Assembly (NCBI GenBank): GCA_002314725.1
Contig: DCGV01000093.1
Coordinates: 5,144-64,351 of the forward strand
Direction: 5' to 3'
Length of the DNA: 59,208 bases
Source: Bacteroidales bacterium UBA1769
GTDB lineage: Bacteria > Bacteroidota > Bacteroidia > Bacteroidales > UBA932
The notes beneath the pieces are model-generated. The model was given only the letters and a program-made list of their open reading frames with translations. It made no database searches and was not told the origin of the DNA. Each line of letters begins with the position of its first letter. The first letter of the stretch is position 1. Shown one piece after another: positions 1-10,455 of this stretch. Both the position numbers and the translations under genes were made by a program.

Positions 1-84
1 AGTTACTTGCGAAACTTGAGTAATAATATTCATTAAATGTTGATAAATAATATGCATTCACACTACTTCTATTTCAAAAAATAT

Positions 85-92
85 TACTTTTG
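85..92 (+). promoter_or_regulatory. Bacteroidota-type -7 promoter box (TACTTTTG, fits TAnnTTTG) upstream of glnN
   Basis: Exact TAnnTTTG match about 20 nt upstream of the ATG at 114. Confidence 0.4.
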
Positions 93-113
93 TAAGTTGT
101 AAAAATAGTGCAT

Positions 114-2300
114 ATGAGCAAACTTAGATTCGATGTAGTTAAAGACGCTTTCAAAAAGAAAGCCGTAGAAGTTAAAACCCCAACGAAAAAAGTCTCAGAA
201 TACTTTGGAGAGCTTGTTTTTAATAGAGAGAAGATGAAGAAATATCTAGATTCTTCTACTTTTTCCAAACTTTCTGACTGCATAGACAATGGTATTGCTC
301 TAGATAGTGAAACCGCAGATAAAGTTGCTGAAGGTATAAAGAGATGGGCACTTGAAAATGGCGCCACACATATCTCCCACTGGTTCCAGCCGCTAACGGA
401 AGGTACAGCTGAAAAGCATGACTCTTTTATGGAGTATGATGGGAAAGGAGGTATGATAGAGACCCTTACAGGAAAATCACTTGTACAACAGGAACCAGAT
501 GCGTCATCTTTCCCAAGTGGAGGTATCAGAGCCACTTTCGAAGCAAGAGGCTACACAGCATGGGATCCTACTTCTCCAGTATTCATTCAAGAAGATACAC
601 TATGTATCCCTACAGTTTTCGTAGCATATACCGGAGAGGCATTGGATTATAAAACACCTCTCAAAAAAGCTCTAAAAGCTGTCACCGAAGCGGCTCTTCC
701 TATCTGTCAGTTATTCGATCCTAAGGTAAAAAAAGTAATCTCCTATTTAGGTTGGGAACAAGAGTATTTTCTAATTGACGAAGATGTATATGCAGCACGT
801 CCTGACCTGGTATTGACAGGAAGAACTTTGATGGGCCACGCTTCCTCCAAGAATCAACAATTGGATGACCACTATTTTGGTGCTATTCCTTCCAGAGTTG
901 AGGCATTTATGAAGGATATTGAGATAGCTGGTTACAAATTGGGAATTCCATTAAAAACTCACCATAATGAGGTTGCTCCAAATCAATTCGAACTTGCTCC
1001 TATTTACGGTGAAACGAATTTGGCTAATGACCAGAACCAAATCATGATGAATATCATGAATTCAATAGCCAGAAAACATGGATTCGTTGTTCTATTCCAT
1101 GAGAAGCCATTTGAAGGCATCAATGGTAGCGGCAAACATAACAACTGGTCACTTGGCACTGATACGGGTGTCCAACTAATGGCACCTGGAAAGGATCCTA
1201 AAGGCAATTTGCAGTTTATCACATTCTTTGTCAACGTACTAGCTGCTGTCCAAAAATATAATTCAGTTCTAAAGGCAAGCATCGCCTCAGCTACGAATGC
1301 GCATAGACTTGGAGCCAATGAAGCTCCACCGGCTATTGTTTCAGCATTCTTGGGACATACTATGACTGAATTATTGAAGAAGCTGTTGGATGTTCCTTCC
1401 GACACTCCTATCGAAATCGCCGGTAAAAAGGGTAAGAGTTTAGGGTTAGTCGAAGTACCTGAGATTCTTATGGACAATACGGACAGAAACCGTACCTCAC
1501 CATTTGCATTTACCGGAAACAGATTCGAATTCAGAGCAGTAGGTTCAAGTGCCAATTGTGCTGGAGCAATGACTACTCTCAACGCTGCCGTCGCCGATCA
1601 ACTTATTGAGTTCAAATCACAATTGGATAAAGAGTTATCTAAAGGAAAGGCACTTAACATTGCAATAATGGACACTTTAAAACCTATTATCAAATCTGTC
1701 CTTGATGTTGTATGTTTTGAAGGAAATGGATACACTGATGAATGGAAAGCAGAAGCGACCAGACGTGGACTTGATACAGAAACCAATGTTCCGGAATTGT
1801 TCAAAGCTTTCACTGAAAAGAACAGTGTTGAAATGTTCACTAAGTTAGGTATCTATACAGAAAAAGAGCTGGAAGCAAGAAATGAAGTACGTTGGGAGAC
1901 ATATTGTAAGAAAGTTCAGATTGAAGCCCGAGTAATCGGGCGCATGGCTATCAATCACGTAGTACCTGCAGGATTTACATACCAAACAAAATTGCTTGAG
2001 AATATCAATCTTTTCAAATCTAATTTTCCAGATACTTACCAATCAATGTGCGCTACACAAATTAAGCTAGTACACGAACTATCTAAAGTAATTCTTGATA
2101 TTCAGAAAAAGGTTGAAGATATGATTCAGGCACGTCAAGTAGCAAATCATATTGAAGATGTTTATCAAAGAGCTCTTGCATATCATGACATTGCTGATTC
2201 ACTATTCGGCATAAGGAAATCGATAGACAACCTAGAAGAGATAACAGATAATGATATATGGCCATTGCCAAAATACAGAGAGATTCTATTCATTAATTAG
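114..2300 (+). CDS. glnN: glutamine synthetase, type III (GSIII)
   Basis: ORF track 108..2300. The ATG at 114 (MSKLRFD...) is preferred over the GTG at 108. The ~730-aa length and overall sequence are typical of the large GSIII family found in Bacteroidota. Confidence 0.93.
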   Translation: MSKLRFDVVKDAFKKKAVEVKTPTKKVSEYFGELVFNREKMKKYLDSSTFSKLSDCIDNGIALDSETADKVAEGIKRWALENGATHISHWFQPLTEGTAEKHDSFMEYDGKGGMIETLTGKSLVQQEPDASSFPSGGIRATFEARGYTAWDPTSPVFIQEDTLCIPTVFVAYTGEALDYKTPLKKALKAVTEAALPICQLFDPKVKKVISYLGWEQEYFLIDEDVYAARPDLVLTGRTLMGHASSKNQQLDDHYFGAIPSRVEAFMKDIEIAGYKLGIPLKTHHNEVAPNQFELAPIYGETNLANDQNQIMMNIMNSIARKHGFVVLFHEKPFEGINGSGKHNNWSLGTDTGVQLMAPGKDPKGNLQFITFFVNVLAAVQKYNSVLKASIASATNAHRLGANEAPPAIVSAFLGHTMTELLKKLLDVPSDTPIEIAGKKGKSLGLVEVPEILMDNTDRNRTSPFAFTGNRFEFRAVGSSANCAGAMTTLNAAVADQLIEFKSQLDKELSKGKALNIAIMDTLKPIIKSVLDVVCFEGNGYTDEWKAEATRRGLDTETNVPELFKAFTEKNSVEMFTKLGIYTEKELEARNEVRWETYCKKVQIEARVIGRMAINHVVPAGFTYQTKLLENINLFKSNFPDTYQSMCATQIKLVHELSKVILDIQKKVEDMIQARQVANHIEDVYQRALAYHDIADSLFGIRKSIDNLEEITDNDIWPLPKYREILFIN

Positions 2301-2308
2301 TGTGGATT

Positions 2309-3673
2309 ATGAGACAGAAAAAATATATTCTTCCGGAGAGCGAAATTCCAACTGCATGGTATAATATTCAGGCTATTATGCCGAATAAGCCACTGCCTAT
2401 TCTAAATCCAAAGAGTCGTGCCGTACTTAAACCAGAAGATTTATACCCTATTTTTTGCGAGGAGTGTGCAAAACAGGAGCTCGATCAGACTAATGAATGG
2501 ATACCTATCCCAGAAGCCGTAAGAGAACAATATGCAGCATATCGCAGCACCCCACTTGTTAGAGCCTACGAGTTGGAGGAGGCATTGGGAACACCAGCTC
2601 ATATCTATTTCAAGAATGAAGGAATCTCCCCTTCCGGATCCCACAAATTGAACTCGGCCATTGCACAGGCATATTATGCCAAACAACAGGGAATCACAAA
2701 TATAACAACCGAAACAGGTGCTGGGCAATGGGGTGGATCACTCTCTTATGCTGCTAAGAAATTCGGAATCGAGTGTGCTGTTTATATGGTTAAGACCAGT
2801 TTCAACCAAAAACCATACAGACGTTCCATTATGCAGACATTTGGAGCCGCTATCACACCATCCCCTTCAATGTCTACAAGAGCAGGAAAAGATATCCTTA
2901 CAGTCAATCCTAACGATCCAGGATCACTTGGATGTGCCATCTCCGAAGCCGTAGAGTTGGCGTTGACTACACCTAATTGTAAGTATGCCGTAGGTTCAGT
3001 TATGAATCATGTTTGCCTTCACCAAACAGTTATTGGTCTTGAAGCCGAAAAACAGATGGCAATGGCAGGAGAGTATCCAGATATAGTAATTGCATGTTTC
3101 GGAGGCGGCTCAAACTTCTGTGGAACTGCGTTCCCATTTATGAGACACACTATTTTGGAAGGGAAGAAAACACGTTTCATTGCGGCCGAACCTACTTCAT
3201 GTCCTAAACTAACCAGAGGCAAGTTTGAATACGATTATGGAGATGAAGCTGGTCTAACGCCGCTTCTTCCAATGTTTACTTTGGGACACAATTTCAAACC
3301 AGCATCTATCCATGCAGGAGGATTGAGATATCATGGCGCTGGGGTCATTCTATCTCAGCTGATGAAAGACGGCTATATGGAGGCACAAGATTTCCCTCAA
3401 ACAGAGACTTTCAAAGCAGGTATTCTTTTCGCAAGGACAGAAGGTATCATCCCTGCCCCAGAATCTTGCCACGCCATAGCTTGTGCCATAAATGAGGCTA
3501 AGAAGTGCAAAGAGAGTGGAGAAGCCAAAACTATCCTATTCAACCTTTCCGGACACGGATTCGTCGATATGGGTTCTTATGACAAATACCTAAGTGGGGA
3601 GATGTTTGACTATAAATTAACAGACGAGGAGTTACAACAATATATAGCCAGCGCTGACGCATTGAACAAATAG
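2309..3673 (+). CDS. TrpB-like PLP-dependent enzyme (tryptophan synthase beta paralog, TrpB2 type)
   Basis: ORF 2300..3673 with start GTG 2300 or ATG 2309. PLP-lysine context SGSHKLNSA. The ~455-aa length with an N-terminal extension is typical of stand-alone TrpB2. No trpA is adjacent. Confidence 0.8.
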   Translation: MRQKKYILPESEIPTAWYNIQAIMPNKPLPILNPKSRAVLKPEDLYPIFCEECAKQELDQTNEWIPIPEAVREQYAAYRSTPLVRAYELEEALGTPAHIYFKNEGISPSGSHKLNSAIAQAYYAKQQGITNITTETGAGQWGGSLSYAAKKFGIECAVYMVKTSFNQKPYRRSIMQTFGAAITPSPSMSTRAGKDILTVNPNDPGSLGCAISEAVELALTTPNCKYAVGSVMNHVCLHQTVIGLEAEKQMAMAGEYPDIVIACFGGGSNFCGTAFPFMRHTILEGKKTRFIAAEPTSCPKLTRGKFEYDYGDEAGLTPLLPMFTLGHNFKPASIHAGGLRYHGAGVILSQLMKDGYMEAQDFPQTETFKAGILFARTEGIIPAPESCHAIACAINEAKKCKESGEAKTILFNLSGHGFVDMGSYDKYLSGEMFDYKLTDEELQQYIASADALNK

Positions 3674-3688
3674 TGTAGTATCGTACTA

Positions 3689-4930
3689 ATGAAAAAAATC
3701 TCTTTCATACTGCTCTCTCTCTTTATATTAGGTTCTTGTACTAAACCTGATGAACCTGATATCAATACAGGAGATGATGTTGTTGATGGATATGTGGTAT
3801 ACAACTCAGGGGAAGCCACAATAAACCAGATGATTCAAGAGATTAAAAATGTTGAGAATCAAAGTGATTTACTTGTAAAGGTCATTTCTGATATATTAGT
3901 AAACTATGGTTCATCGTTGGATTTTTCACAAAGAAATAATTATTACGACTATCAATACGCATCACACGGGCCAAATGGCGAACCAATGAACTACTCCGCC
4001 CGTTTGTATATACCATCATCAGCATTTGAAGGAAAACCTGTCAAGGGTGTTATGCTGATAAGTCACCATTTCGTCATCAACAATAACTTATCCCCTACCA
4101 GTTCACATACATTTGAGGCACTAGCCACCAATTTCGGCTATATTGTAATTCTACCTGACGGCTATGGATTTGGGAAAAACAATGGTAACTTCCCTATCAT
4201 CTATGACGCCGTATTCAATGGTTCGGTATATACGGATGGACTTATCGCCGGTATGCAATTGCTGGACAAACTTGAAATCAGTTACTCTAAGAATGGTATT
4301 ATCAATTGGGGATACTCTCTTGGAGGAGTAGATGCACTTGGCGTTTTGAAATATACTGCGCAACATCCAGAGACTAATATAAAATTCAGCAAGACATTTG
4401 CAGGTGGAGCATTGACAGATGTTCCATTGAGCCTACAGAAGTATCTAACCGAAGATTGGCCCTCTGCCAAATCATACATCATCATCACGATAGCTTCAAT
4501 CCTGGAACACAATCCGGAGATTGACCCTAAAGACGTTTTCAAGGAGCCACTCCTATCTACTTACAAAGATCTCATCTCATCAAAGGGTCATAGAATAGAT
4601 TACATCAAGAATTATATGAGCGATATGACTCTTGACTCCATGTTGACGGACGAAATGATGAATTTATCATCAAGCATAAATAAACAAATCCAATCCATAT
4701 TAAAAAATAAAAAAATAGCAGGTGGTTGGTCTTTACCTTCAGGAAGTAAGTTATTTCTTTTTCATTGTATAGACGATGATAAAATTCCATACGAAAATTT
4801 TCTGGCTCTAAAAGATTATCTTGAATTGAAATCTAATACCGAAGATTTATCTTTCTATTCAGGATACTTTCTATCTCATTTAATTGGAATGGCAGCTTTC
4901 ATAACCTATACAGCCCAAAACATCGACTAG
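3689..4930 (+). CDS. lipoprotein, alpha/beta-hydrolase fold (lipase/esterase-like)
   Basis: Lipoprotein signal MKKISFILLSLFILGSC. GxSxG nucleophile elbow GYSLGG. Candidate acid in HCIDDDKIP and a C-terminal His (LSHLIG). Confidence 0.65.
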   Translation: MKKISFILLSLFILGSCTKPDEPDINTGDDVVDGYVVYNSGEATINQMIQEIKNVENQSDLLVKVISDILVNYGSSLDFSQRNNYYDYQYASHGPNGEPMNYSARLYIPSSAFEGKPVKGVMLISHHFVINNNLSPTSSHTFEALATNFGYIVILPDGYGFGKNNGNFPIIYDAVFNGSVYTDGLIAGMQLLDKLEISYSKNGIINWGYSLGGVDALGVLKYTAQHPETNIKFSKTFAGGALTDVPLSLQKYLTEDWPSAKSYIIITIASILEHNPEIDPKDVFKEPLLSTYKDLISSKGHRIDYIKNYMSDMTLDSMLTDEMMNLSSSINKQIQSILKNKKIAGGWSLPSGSKLFLFHCIDDDKIPYENFLALKDYLELKSNTEDLSFYSGYFLSHLIGMAAFITYTAQNID

Positions 4931-6933
4931 TGAAAAAGTTATTTACTTCTCTTATATTCTTATTCATTCAACTTACTCTTTTTGCTCAAGTAGATACAGT
5001 AGCTTATCAACAACTGGAAGAGACTGTTGTAAGTGCATACAAGAACAGTAACATAATCAAGGGAAATTTTGCCGAGGGATTACATACCAGTGCCATTCAG
5101 TTGGAAAAATTCCCTAAACTTTTCGGACAAGTTGACCCTGTGGTCTTCGCACAATCCCTTCCAGGAGTCCAAACCAATGCCATTTTATCATATGGTATGA
5201 ATATTCAAGGGTGCAATGATTCACACAACAACTATACTGTTGCTGATATGCCATATCTACTACCGCCACGTCTATTGGGCCTATTTCCTGTCGTCAATAC
5301 CGATCACTTCACTGACATTGAATTATCAAAAAATCCAAAAGGAAATAAACTTGGTGGGTATCTATCATTCGATGTAGCTGACACTATCCCGTCAAAAATA
5401 AATATCAATGCCTCCCTGGGACTGATTTCCGCACAAGCATCGATATCTGCACCCATCAATGATAAAATATCATTCATAGCATCAGCAAGGGCCTCTTTCT
5501 TAACTGCTATATACAATAACATTGTCTCTATTAATGCAGGATCATTAAATACTGATTTCAGGGATTACAACGCTACTCTTCTATGGATACCTGACAGTAT
5601 GAATACGATAGATTTCAATATTATAAATAGCAATGATTTCTACACCATCAATTATGGTGATTATGGCTATTATTTTGACATTAAAACACCGCAAGTAGTC
5701 GGTGGATTAAGGTGGCGACACAATGGCAATATCAAATTTAACAATCGGATCTATTATCTAAACAAACAATCTGATATACAATTATCTCAGGAATCAATAT
5801 CATCTAAATTGGCCTCATATATCAAGGAGATTGGATGGAATTGGGATTTCAACCTTCCACTTGGAATCAACATATACAACCAATTCAAATATTACGATAT
5901 CTTGCCACAAAAACCAAGTATTGACTATGTATATGAATTGAACCTTACACAACAGAAAAAACAGACAGCGATTGAAGCTTCCAGCAGAATTGAGAAAAGT
6001 TTTGAATTATCAAACTTAACATTCAATCCTTCAATCACTTTCAATCATTATAAGCAACTTGGATACTCAGAAAATTATTTTAATATAGATCCTGAACTTT
6101 ATGTCAAGTGGAATCTATACCATAATGGATATTTTGTATTCAATATAGGAAGGAAGCATCAGTACTTGTCGCAAACTTCTATGTTGCCAAGCAGTGTCCC
6201 AGCTTCTTTTTGGTTTGCATCGGGAGAGATAATACCACCCCAAGAATCACTGTTTGCAGATGTGACATATCAGAAAGATTTCTTTAACGGCAAATGGTCA
6301 CTTACAAACCAAATCTATTATAAACACCTTACCAACCAAGTTGAATATTATGGTTTTCTGTTCAATCTTATGACTTCTGATTACCACTTAGAAGACAATT
6401 TAATTAATACAGAGGGCAATAATTATGGTGCAAATATTATGATTTCCAAGAATGCAGGGGATTTTACAGGTTGGATAGCATATTCCTATGGAAGAGCTCT
6501 ACGGACCACCGTAGATGACACTTTTACAACGATATTCCCAGCTTCTCACGAGCGTCCTCATGAATTTAATCTTGTTATTTCATATCATTTCAAACAATTC
6601 GATTTTGGAGCGAATTTCGTATTGGCTTCCGGAACACCATACACAAGAATCAAATCCCTCTATTTGATACAAGATGCAGTCCTAGCTGATTTCGATGATT
6701 TCAACGGAGCGAGACTGGCATCATACCATAAGTTAGATATTACAGCAACATATAACTTCAAAACCAAAGGTGATTTTGAGCATGGAATTAATCTTTCCAT
6801 CTATAATGCCACTTGCAAGAATAACCAGATAGGATACAGAGTAAAGATGTTGGAAGATAACACTATTCTCTATGGTCCTGCAAAATTATTCTTCAATATT
6901 CTGCCTACAATCAACTATTTCATTAAGCTATGA
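4930..6933 (+). CDS. TonB-dependent receptor-like outer-membrane protein (plug plus beta-barrel)
   Basis: GTG start overlaps the upstream stop by 1 nt. Signal peptide ends ...LFAQ. Plug-like segment (LEETVVSA..., AQSLPGVQ) is followed by a long Tyr/Asn/Gly-rich region typical of beta-strands. Confidence 0.75.
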   Translation: MKKLFTSLIFLFIQLTLFAQVDTVAYQQLEETVVSAYKNSNIIKGNFAEGLHTSAIQLEKFPKLFGQVDPVVFAQSLPGVQTNAILSYGMNIQGCNDSHNNYTVADMPYLLPPRLLGLFPVVNTDHFTDIELSKNPKGNKLGGYLSFDVADTIPSKININASLGLISAQASISAPINDKISFIASARASFLTAIYNNIVSINAGSLNTDFRDYNATLLWIPDSMNTIDFNIINSNDFYTINYGDYGYYFDIKTPQVVGGLRWRHNGNIKFNNRIYYLNKQSDIQLSQESISSKLASYIKEIGWNWDFNLPLGINIYNQFKYYDILPQKPSIDYVYELNLTQQKKQTAIEASSRIEKSFELSNLTFNPSITFNHYKQLGYSENYFNIDPELYVKWNLYHNGYFVFNIGRKHQYLSQTSMLPSSVPASFWFASGEIIPPQESLFADVTYQKDFFNGKWSLTNQIYYKHLTNQVEYYGFLFNLMTSDYHLEDNLINTEGNNYGANIMISKNAGDFTGWIAYSYGRALRTTVDDTFTTIFPASHERPHEFNLVISYHFKQFDFGANFVLASGTPYTRIKSLYLIQDAVLADFDDFNGARLASYHKLDITATYNFKTKGDFEHGINLSIYNATCKNNQIGYRVKMLEDNTILYGPAKLFFNILPTINYFIKL

Positions 6934-7769
6934 TAAAGAAGATTACCCTATTAATATTGACAATTGTTCTCATATCATCTTGTACTATTGAAGAGCCATA
7001 TGAGAATAGCTCGCAGTTGGTTGTAGAGGGATGGATTGAAAACGGCAGGAATCCAATGGTTTTCGTAACAATGTCGCTCGATCCGTCTGCAGAGACTATT
7101 TCAGCATCAGAACTCAGATCTTTGGTGTTACGATATGCGAAAGTCACTATCGAGCATAACGGCATCACTTATCCACTAGTTGCTAATCTTTCAGATGATT
7201 ACTATCTACAGAACTATTTCACAACATCCAAACTGTTTGGAGAAGTGGGTGAAACTTATACATTAAGGGTTGAATATAATGATCAAGTAGCTGTTGCCAC
7301 TACTACGATCAACGAACCTGTGGAAATTGACTCTTTTGAAGTATTACAATCTGTTATTGAAGGCAACTATAGGATACAAGTAGCTTTTCATGACAATCCA
7401 CAGACAAAAGATTATTACAAGTTTTCGGTGCAAGTAACCAATAAAGAGAAAAAATATTCATCATCATACATGTCTATGATTGATGATTCACTCTACGATA
7501 GCGAAGTCATCTCTATTATTGTCGACAGAGGTAACCAACTTCCAAATTTAACCCCTGAATACAATTTTCAAAGTGGAGATGTCGTGAAGATAAAATTGCA
7601 AACAATCACCCAAGATTCATACCGCTTCTGGGCGAATTTTAACCAGAATTCCCTTATTACTCTTCTCCCAGTAAACATTTCAGCACCTGGATGTGTTGGT
7701 AATGTAGATGGCGCATTGGGATATTGGGACGGTTATGGTATAAATGAGTATACAATATGCGTAGATTAA
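6930..7769 (+). CDS. DUF4249-like lipoprotein (usual partner of this receptor class)
   Basis: ATGA start/stop overlap with the receptor gene. Lipoprotein signal ...VLISSC. The sequence (VVEGWIENG...) resembles the DUF4249 family, which is normally encoded directly downstream of such receptors in Bacteroidota. Confidence 0.6.
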   Translation: MIKKITLLILTIVLISSCTIEEPYENSSQLVVEGWIENGRNPMVFVTMSLDPSAETISASELRSLVLRYAKVTIEHNGITYPLVANLSDDYYLQNYFTTSKLFGEVGETYTLRVEYNDQVAVATTTINEPVEIDSFEVLQSVIEGNYRIQVAFHDNPQTKDYYKFSVQVTNKEKKYSSSYMSMIDDSLYDSEVISIIVDRGNQLPNLTPEYNFQSGDVVKIKLQTITQDSYRFWANFNQNSLITLLPVNISAPGCVGNVDGALGYWDGYGINEYTICVD

Positions 7770-8866
7770 TATTACTATTATCGGTCACTCTGATATTTAT
7801 CTCGTGTGAGAAGATTGAAGAACCGATAGTTAAAGAGAACCGACAAATTAGTAAAGCCGAAGAGGTTGAAGGCGTATTGGCAGCTTCTGCAGGTGATCTT
7901 TCATCATTTTTCAATCAACATCTTTATATAGGTAATCTTGTCAATCAAGTCAGTGCAAATCCAAGTCTTGGACCGGCATTAACCACTTTAGTAACTGCGG
8001 TTTACTCTATTGATATGTATGGTAAGAAAATCGTTGATATTAGTAAACTTAATGGTAAGTTAACTTATTCTGAGTCCCAATGGAATTTTGAATCAACCAA
8101 AGATTTTTCATTATGTTTCAAAGGACAGGAAAATGAAGAGTGCGAAATCAATTTAGTATTAGACTCTGTATTAACTTCAAATCCATTATATAATAACGAT
8201 TCTTTATCAATATTAATTCCTCGTACAATAGATGCATCTTCATTTGTCAACTCACAATTATTTTGTACAACAACCATCTCTTCAATAATTAACTCTTCCG
8301 ATTACCAAATTGGGTTTGAAAGTAATTATACTGCAGGAGCTAAATTATCATCTCTATTTCACAAGACAACAGGCTCCGATGATGAATTTCTTTCCCTAGG
8401 TTTGAGTTTTAATTGCCAGAATGACAACCTTGACAGTTTATTAAATGTCAACCTATGTTTAGATGTACTTGAAAATAAATATGAATTGAACACCACTATC
8501 GGAAACCAAGTAACTTTCAAAGCAGATATTAAAAACTACTCATATTTGGTCCTTTATTTTCCATTGATAGAGGATTATATCAGCAACGAAGTATCACAGG
8601 AGAAGATAGAGTATTGCAACTCTCTTCTTGAAAAAGTAAATGACAAAATACCTATTGAGATGTATTATCAAGGTGAGTATATAGGGAACTGCAATTTCCA
8701 ACTGTTGGAAGACAATTACAAATATCACATCGCCTTTGTAATGACATACATTGACAACGGAACTTCGTATGCATTAAGTGGATTTAAAGATGTAATGCAA
8801 GCCATAATGGGTTTGTATTATGGCTATGAAAACGTGAAGGAAATAATAACCGGTATCAACAATTAA
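7757..8866 (+). CDS. hypothetical lipoprotein
   Basis: 13-nt overlap with the upstream gene. Lipoprotein signal MRRLILLLSVTLIFISC. No recognisable catalytic motif. Confidence 0.55.
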   Translation: MRRLILLLSVTLIFISCEKIEEPIVKENRQISKAEEVEGVLAASAGDLSSFFNQHLYIGNLVNQVSANPSLGPALTTLVTAVYSIDMYGKKIVDISKLNGKLTYSESQWNFESTKDFSLCFKGQENEECEINLVLDSVLTSNPLYNNDSLSILIPRTIDASSFVNSQLFCTTTISSIINSSDYQIGFESNYTAGAKLSSLFHKTTGSDDEFLSLGLSFNCQNDNLDSLLNVNLCLDVLENKYELNTTIGNQVTFKADIKNYSYLVLYFPLIEDYISNEVSQEKIEYCNSLLEKVNDKIPIEMYYQGEYIGNCNFQLLEDNYKYHIAFVMTYIDNGTSYALSGFKDVMQAIMGLYYGYENVKEIITGINN

Positions 8867-10326
8867 GCCTTCTTTATTGGATCACAAGTAAGACCTATAC
8901 CAAGTTTCTTATATATTCTTTGATCCACATCACTCAACATAACTGTGAAGTGGGCTTGGCATCCTTTAAGTTTCTCAAGACAACTCAAAGCCTTCTTACA
9001 ATTATCGTCTGTTGTACTCAACATTGATAGAGCCACCAGCACCTCATCGGAATGTAAACGTGGATTCTTACCGTGAAGATAGGAAACCTTTGTCTTCTGT
9101 ATAGGTTCAATCATTGACTGAGGTATCAACTTGATTTGATGATCAATTCCAGCAAGATATTTAAGGGAATTCATTATCAAAGCAGCACTAGGGCCTAATA
9201 GAGAACTGGTTTTTGCTGTAATAATCGTACCGTCTGACAGTTCTATCGCTGAAGCTGAGGTCTTCTCCTTCTCTTTACGTTCCTTAGCAGCCACTGTTGT
9301 TTTCCTGAAATCAGTGGTAATATTGCACTGCTTCATCAAGAGCGAAATTTTATTAATCTCCTCCTCATTACACCCACCTTCAGCAAGTCGGTTTAGTGCG
9401 GTATAATACCTACGAATAATTTCATTCTTGGCAGCATTGCAACAGATTTCTTCATCGTCAATGCAGAATCCAATCATGTTGACACCCATATCAGTAGGTG
9501 ATTTATATGGATTTTTACCATATATACCCTCAAAAAGAGCATTCAACACAGGAAATATTTCAATATCCCTATTATAATTGACCGCAATTTTACCGTATGC
9601 ATCAAGATGGAACGGATCGATCATATTCAAATCATTCAAATCTGCAGTAGCAGCCTCATATGCAATGTTTACAGGGTGTTTCAGGGGTAAATTCCACACT
9701 GGGAATGTTTCAAATTTTGCATATCCAGCTTGAATTCCCCTCTTTTGTTCCTGATATAATTGGCTTAGACATACAGCCATCTTCCCACTACCTGGACCTG
9801 GAGCTGTAACCACTACCAGCGGACGGGTTGTCTTTACATAATCATTCTTTCCGAAACCCTCGTCAGAATCGATCAAAGCAATATTGTTAGGATATCCTTC
9901 GATTGTGTAGTGGAAATAGGTAGGGATACCCATCCTTTTCAGACGTTTTTTGAAGAGTTCGGCACTGCTTTGACCATTATAGTGGGTTATGACAACGGAA
10001 CTGACAAGAAACCCTCTTGTAACAAACTCTTCACGAAGTCTCAGAACATCTTCATCGTAAGTAATACCAAGATCCTGTCTGATTTTATTCTTTTCAATGT
10101 CTAGGGCGCTGATTACTATTACAATTTCAACGCTGTCAATCATTTGACGTAGCATTTGGAACTTACTGTCCGGTTCGAAACCAGGCAGAACTCGACTGGC
10201 ATGATTATCGTCAAATAATTTACCGCCAAATTCTAGATAAAGTTTACCTCCGAAGAGCGAGATACGCTCCTGAATGCGTTCTGATTGTATCTTAAGATAC
10301 TTTTCGCTATTGAAACCGTTTGTCAT
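8863..10326 (-). CDS. DUF1846 (UPF0371) family protein
   Basis: 487-aa ORF. The N-terminus FNSEKYLKIQSERIQERI...GGKLFDDNHASRVLPGF is characteristic of this conserved family of unknown function. Confidence 0.8.
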   Translation of the reverse strand: MTNGFNSEKYLKIQSERIQERISLFGGKLYLEFGGKLFDDNHASRVLPGFEPDSKFQMLRQMIDSVEIVIVISALDIEKNKIRQDLGITYDEDVLRLREEFVTRGFLVSSVVITHYNGQSSAELFKKRLKRMGIPTYFHYTIEGYPNNIALIDSDEGFGKNDYVKTTRPLVVVTAPGPGSGKMAVCLSQLYQEQKRGIQAGYAKFETFPVWNLPLKHPVNIAYEAATADLNDLNMIDPFHLDAYGKIAVNYNRDIEIFPVLNALFEGIYGKNPYKSPTDMGVNMIGFCIDDEEICCNAAKNEIIRRYYTALNRLAEGGCNEEEINKISLLMKQCNITTDFRKTTVAAKERKEKEKTSASAIELSDGTIITAKTSSLLGPSAALIMNSLKYLAGIDHQIKLIPQSMIEPIQKTKVSYLHGKNPRLHSDEVLVALSMLSTTDDNCKKALSCLEKLKGCQAHFTVMLSDVDQRIYKKLGIGLTCDPIKKA

Positions 10327-10423
10327 AACGGGTTACAAAAATAGTTGAAAAAAGTCATTTGAAAAAATTAATTCTACCTTTTTTGTTATCCAATCATTTT
10401 TTGCTTCAGTAAAAAGAAATTTT

Positions 10424-10431
10424 TACCTTTG
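10424..10431 (+). promoter_or_regulatory. -7 promoter box TACCTTTG upstream of the 3-hydroxyacyl-CoA dehydrogenase gene
   Basis: Exact TAnnTTTG match. Its position argues that the TTG at 10429 is not the start codon and supports the ATG at 10456. Confidence 0.4.
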
Positions 10432-10455
10432 ACGGGAACACATAAAATCAAAGTT

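Noticed and set aside
74-1582. Antisense ORFs 74..535 (153 aa) and 1004..1582 (192 aa) inside glnN. Similar antisense ORFs occur at 33615..34115, 34641..35108, 45448..45816, 48071..48436 and 55387..55806.
   Set aside because: All lie entirely within, and opposite to, strongly supported conserved genes. Their translations show no recognisable motifs and have biased composition, so they are shadow ORFs.
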